From an uncultured Gammaproteobacteria bacterium (lineage in GTDB: Bacteria; Pseudomonadota; Gammaproteobacteria; Poriferisulfidales; GCA-002705445): a stretch of DNA of 64,000 nucleotides. The position numbers and the translations under genes are program-made. A model generated the notes under the pieces. It was not told the origin of the DNA. It did not search any database and saw nothing but the letters and a program-made list of their open reading frames with translations. The stretch's first letter is position 1, and the number at the start of each line of letters is the position of its first letter. Where the stretch lies: NCBI GenBank assembly GCA_913031205.1, contig CAJWEM010000002.1:14107-78106 (forward strand). The letters run 5' to 3'. This document shows, one piece after another, positions 61,456 through 64,000 of the stretch.

Positions 61456-62595
61456 TTAATACAGCTTTTTATGCTCTTTTAAGGCGAATCTATCTGTCAT
61501 TCCAGCAATATAGTCACAAATGACTCTTTCTGCCTCATTTTCCTCAATTTTGAGCATATTATGTTTTAAAAAAGGTTTTGGAAGCAAGTCTATATCTTGA
61601 GAGTAAGCGTTAAATAAGTCTCTTATAACAATGGTAGCTTTATCAGTCATTTTTTTCACGTCTGGATGTTTGTAAAGATTTTTATGCAAAAATCTTTTTA
61701 AATTCATATTTTCTTTCTTCATTTCATTGGAGAAACAGATAACTTCTTTTTCACATATTCTTACATCATTTGGTGACTTTATATTATAACTTTCAATATT
61801 TTTTTTCGAATTAATTATTAAATCGCTTACTAACAAATTTATAATTCTTCTTACGGTTTCATTTACAATTTTGGATTTAGAAAGCTTAGGGTATTCTTTT
61901 AAAGCAAGATTCATTTGGTTTTTAAATAGGGACACTGTGCTTAGTTGCTCCAATGAGATTTTCTTTGCTCTTATGCCATCTTGAATATCATGATTATTAT
62001 AAGCAATTTGATCACATACATTTGTTAATTGAGCTTCTAAGGAGCTTTGTTCTTTTTTTAAAAATCTCATAGCAACGTCTCCAAGTTTTTTTGCACGGGT
62101 TTTATTGCATTTTTTTAAAATTCCTTCTCTTGTCTCAAAACTAAGATTTAATCCAGGAAAACTCGGGTAAACATTTTCTAATTTATCTACTATTCTCAAA
62201 GATTGTATATTATGCTCAAAACCCCCAAAATTTTTCATACATTCATTGAGGATATCTTGTCCAGCATGTCCAAAAGGAGTATGACCTAAGTCATGCGAGA
62301 GTGAAATTGCTTCTGTCAGGTCTTCATTAATTTGTAAAGCTCTTGCAGCAGCTCTGGCTATTTGCGCAACCTCAATTGTATGCGTTAGCCTAGTTCTATA
62401 CATATCGCCTTCATGATTTACAAAAACTTGGGTCTTGTACTCAAGCCTTCTAAAAGCTGTTGTGTGAATTATTCTTTCTCTATCACGTTGAAACTCGGTT
62501 CTTAATTTTGGCGGATCTTCTTTGTATTTTCTTCCAAAACTCTTTTCTGATTTTAAAGAAAAACTCGCTAGATTTTTTTCAAATAGTTTAGACAT
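61456..62595 (-). CDS. dgt: dGTPase-family HD-domain phosphohydrolase (Dgt-like)
   Basis: 379 aa with the HD motif RLTHTIEVAQI...SHDLGHTPFGHAGQ. Confidence 0.85.
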   Translation of the reverse strand: MSKLFEKNLASFSLKSEKSFGRKYKEDPPKLRTEFQRDRERIIHTTAFRRLEYKTQVFVNHEGDMYRTRLTHTIEVAQIARAAARALQINEDLTEAISLSHDLGHTPFGHAGQDILNECMKNFGGFEHNIQSLRIVDKLENVYPSFPGLNLSFETREGILKKCNKTRAKKLGDVAMRFLKKEQSSLEAQLTNVCDQIAYNNHDIQDGIRAKKISLEQLSTVSLFKNQMNLALKEYPKLSKSKIVNETVRRIINLLVSDLIINSKKNIESYNIKSPNDVRICEKEVICFSNEMKKENMNLKRFLHKNLYKHPDVKKMTDKATIVIRDLFNAYSQDIDLLPKPFLKHNMLKIEENEAERVICDYIAGMTDRFALKEHKKLY

Positions 62596-63655
62596 GTTTG
62601 TTTAGAGCATTAATAACTAAACCTTTTTTTATTTTATTCGTTATGTAAGCACTTCCAATACCTCTAGGTATAATGTACACCATTTTGCTATCCTTTACTT
62701 TTTTATCAAGCGACATTGTTTCGTAAAGTTTTTTTAATCTTACGCCTTTCGGTAATTTTGTTGGAAGATTAAAGGCCTCCAAAATTTTTTTTATGGATTC
62801 GTACTCCTCAACTTTCATGGTTTTATTTTGTATTGCGACTGTACTGGCAATCAAAAATCCACATGCAATAGCTTCTCCATGGAGCCATTTTCCATAACCT
62901 AAATTATTCTCAATCGCGTGCCCAAAAGTGTGACCTAAGTTTAAAAGTGCTCTGATATTTTTTTCTTTTTCATCCATAGCAACAATTTTCGCTTTAATTT
63001 CGCAAGATTTTTTTATTATTTTAATCATTGCATCAGTATCTTTAGATTTTATTTTCTCTGTATTTGCTGATAGCCATTTAAAAAAGGTTTTGTCTTCAAT
63101 TATTCCGTACTTAATAACTTCAGCCATACCTGCATTAAATTGTCTGTCTGACAAAGTTTTAAGAACCTCTGTATCAATAATTACTGCAGATGGCTGATGA
63201 AAAGATCCAATCATATTTTTACCTAAAGCATGATTAATTCCGGTTTTTCCTCCAACTGAGGAATCAACCATTGCTAGAAGTGTGGTTGGTATCTGAATGA
63301 AATTTATACCTCTTTGATAGGTTGCTGCAGCGAATCCAGACATGTCTCCAATTACTCCCCCACCAAAAGCGACAATACACCCATCTCTTGAAAATTTATT
63401 TTTTAATAAGAAATTGTAAATTTTTGAGATACTATCTTGGTTTTTATATTTTTCACCATCATTTAACAAAATTACATTTTTTTTAAGAGATGTATTTTTA
63501 ATTTTAGAAAAATGTAAATTTTTAATTTTTTTATTTGTTACAATTGCAAAATTATTACAATTTATTTTTTTTATTAATTCTTTATTAGATAGGATATTTT
63601 TTCCAATAAATATTGGATACGATCTATCATTTAATTTAACTATTATTTTTTTCAT
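62588..63655 (-). CDS. aroB: 3-dehydroquinate synthase
   Basis: 355 aa with the NAD-binding GGGVIGDMSGFAAATYQRG and metal ligands (HTFGHAIE). Confidence 0.92.
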   Translation of the reverse strand: MKKIIVKLNDRSYPIFIGKNILSNKELIKKINCNNFAIVTNKKIKNLHFSKIKNTSLKKNVILLNDGEKYKNQDSISKIYNFLLKNKFSRDGCIVAFGGGVIGDMSGFAAATYQRGINFIQIPTTLLAMVDSSVGGKTGINHALGKNMIGSFHQPSAVIIDTEVLKTLSDRQFNAGMAEVIKYGIIEDKTFFKWLSANTEKIKSKDTDAMIKIIKKSCEIKAKIVAMDEKEKNIRALLNLGHTFGHAIENNLGYGKWLHGEAIACGFLIASTVAIQNKTMKVEEYESIKKILEAFNLPTKLPKGVRLKKLYETMSLDKKVKDSKMVYIIPRGIGSAYITNKIKKGLVINALNKHV

Positions 63656-64000
63656 AATTTTTGATTATCATCTTCGATATCTTTGTTGCGTCATACTGTT
63701 CAGTACTAACTTCCATATCCGCACATTCTTCATAATATTTTTTTCTTTCCTTCATTAAAATTTCGAGTTTACTTTCAGCATCTTCGTTTTTGATAAGTGG
63801 TCTGTTTTTATCATATTCCGTCCTATACGCTAGTTCTTTAATACTTGCCGTTAAAAATACCGTGAAACCTAAATTTTTTATTATTTCTCTATTTTCTTTC
63901 AATACTATTATACCCCCACCTGTGCCTATTACGGTGTTTTTACATGAAGAAATTTCCTGTAATACCTTAGTTTCTCTCTCTCTAAAACCCTTTTCGCCCT
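63636..64000 (-). CDS. aroK: Shikimate kinase, C-terminal part (5' end beyond the window)
   Basis: The reading frame is open to the window edge (..GEKGFRERETKVLQEISSCKNTVIGTGGGIIVLKENREIIK..). The ORF-track Met at 63902 is internal. Confidence 0.8.
   Translation of the reverse strand, partial: GEKGFRERETKVLQEISSCKNTVIGTGGGIIVLKENREIIKNLGFTVFLTASIKELAYRTEYDKNRPLIKNEDAESKLEILMKERKKYYEECADMEVSTEQYDATKISKMIIKNYEKNNS

Overview
This window looks like the origin-proximal region of an AT-rich (roughly 30-35% GC by eye) gammaproteobacterial chromosome, probably from a marine free-living lineage. The key evidence for a chromosomal origin is a Pseudomonas-type gene order: mnmG-mnmE-yidC-yidD-rnpA-rpmH on the minus strand, then a strand switch into dnaA-dnaN-recF-gyrB on the plus strand. 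The rpmH-dnaA spacer carries two perfect DnaA boxes in inverted orientation. Most of the remaining sequence is densely packed, syntenic housekeeping genes: hisBHAFE-tatABC-gpmI, trkHA-fmt-def facing smg-topA-tsaC-hemF, hemB-aroE, pyrE, ampG, gltB-dnaG-rpoD and aroK-aroB. I see no transposases, integrases, CRISPR arrays or rRNA genes; there is one tRNA with a CAU anticodon. Features worth a second look: (1) a strong candidate glutamine riboswitch (glnA RNA motif) in the 5' leader of gltB, and gltB is unusually placed directly upstream of dnaG-rpoD with no gltD or rpsU nearby; (2) an extracytoplasmic flavinylation cluster: a secreted FMN-binding protein, an ApbE lipoprotein, a small di-His PepSY_TM membrane protein and two uncharacterised membrane proteins; (3) a nickel superoxide dismutase gene (sodN) with its maturation protease (sodX), next to an unknown secreted protein; (4) a translationally coupled pair of paralogous lipoproteins sharing a novel 4-Cys C-terminal domain, upstream of a photolyase with an inverted-repeat operator candidate; (5) an orphan ParF-like small ParA ATPase near the origin; (6) two porin-like outer-membrane protein genes with high-expression codon usage and long AT-rich 5' regions; (7) a 109-bp segment bounded by a perfect 11-bp inverted repeat. 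All calls come from reading the translations and sequence motifs; no database searches were run.
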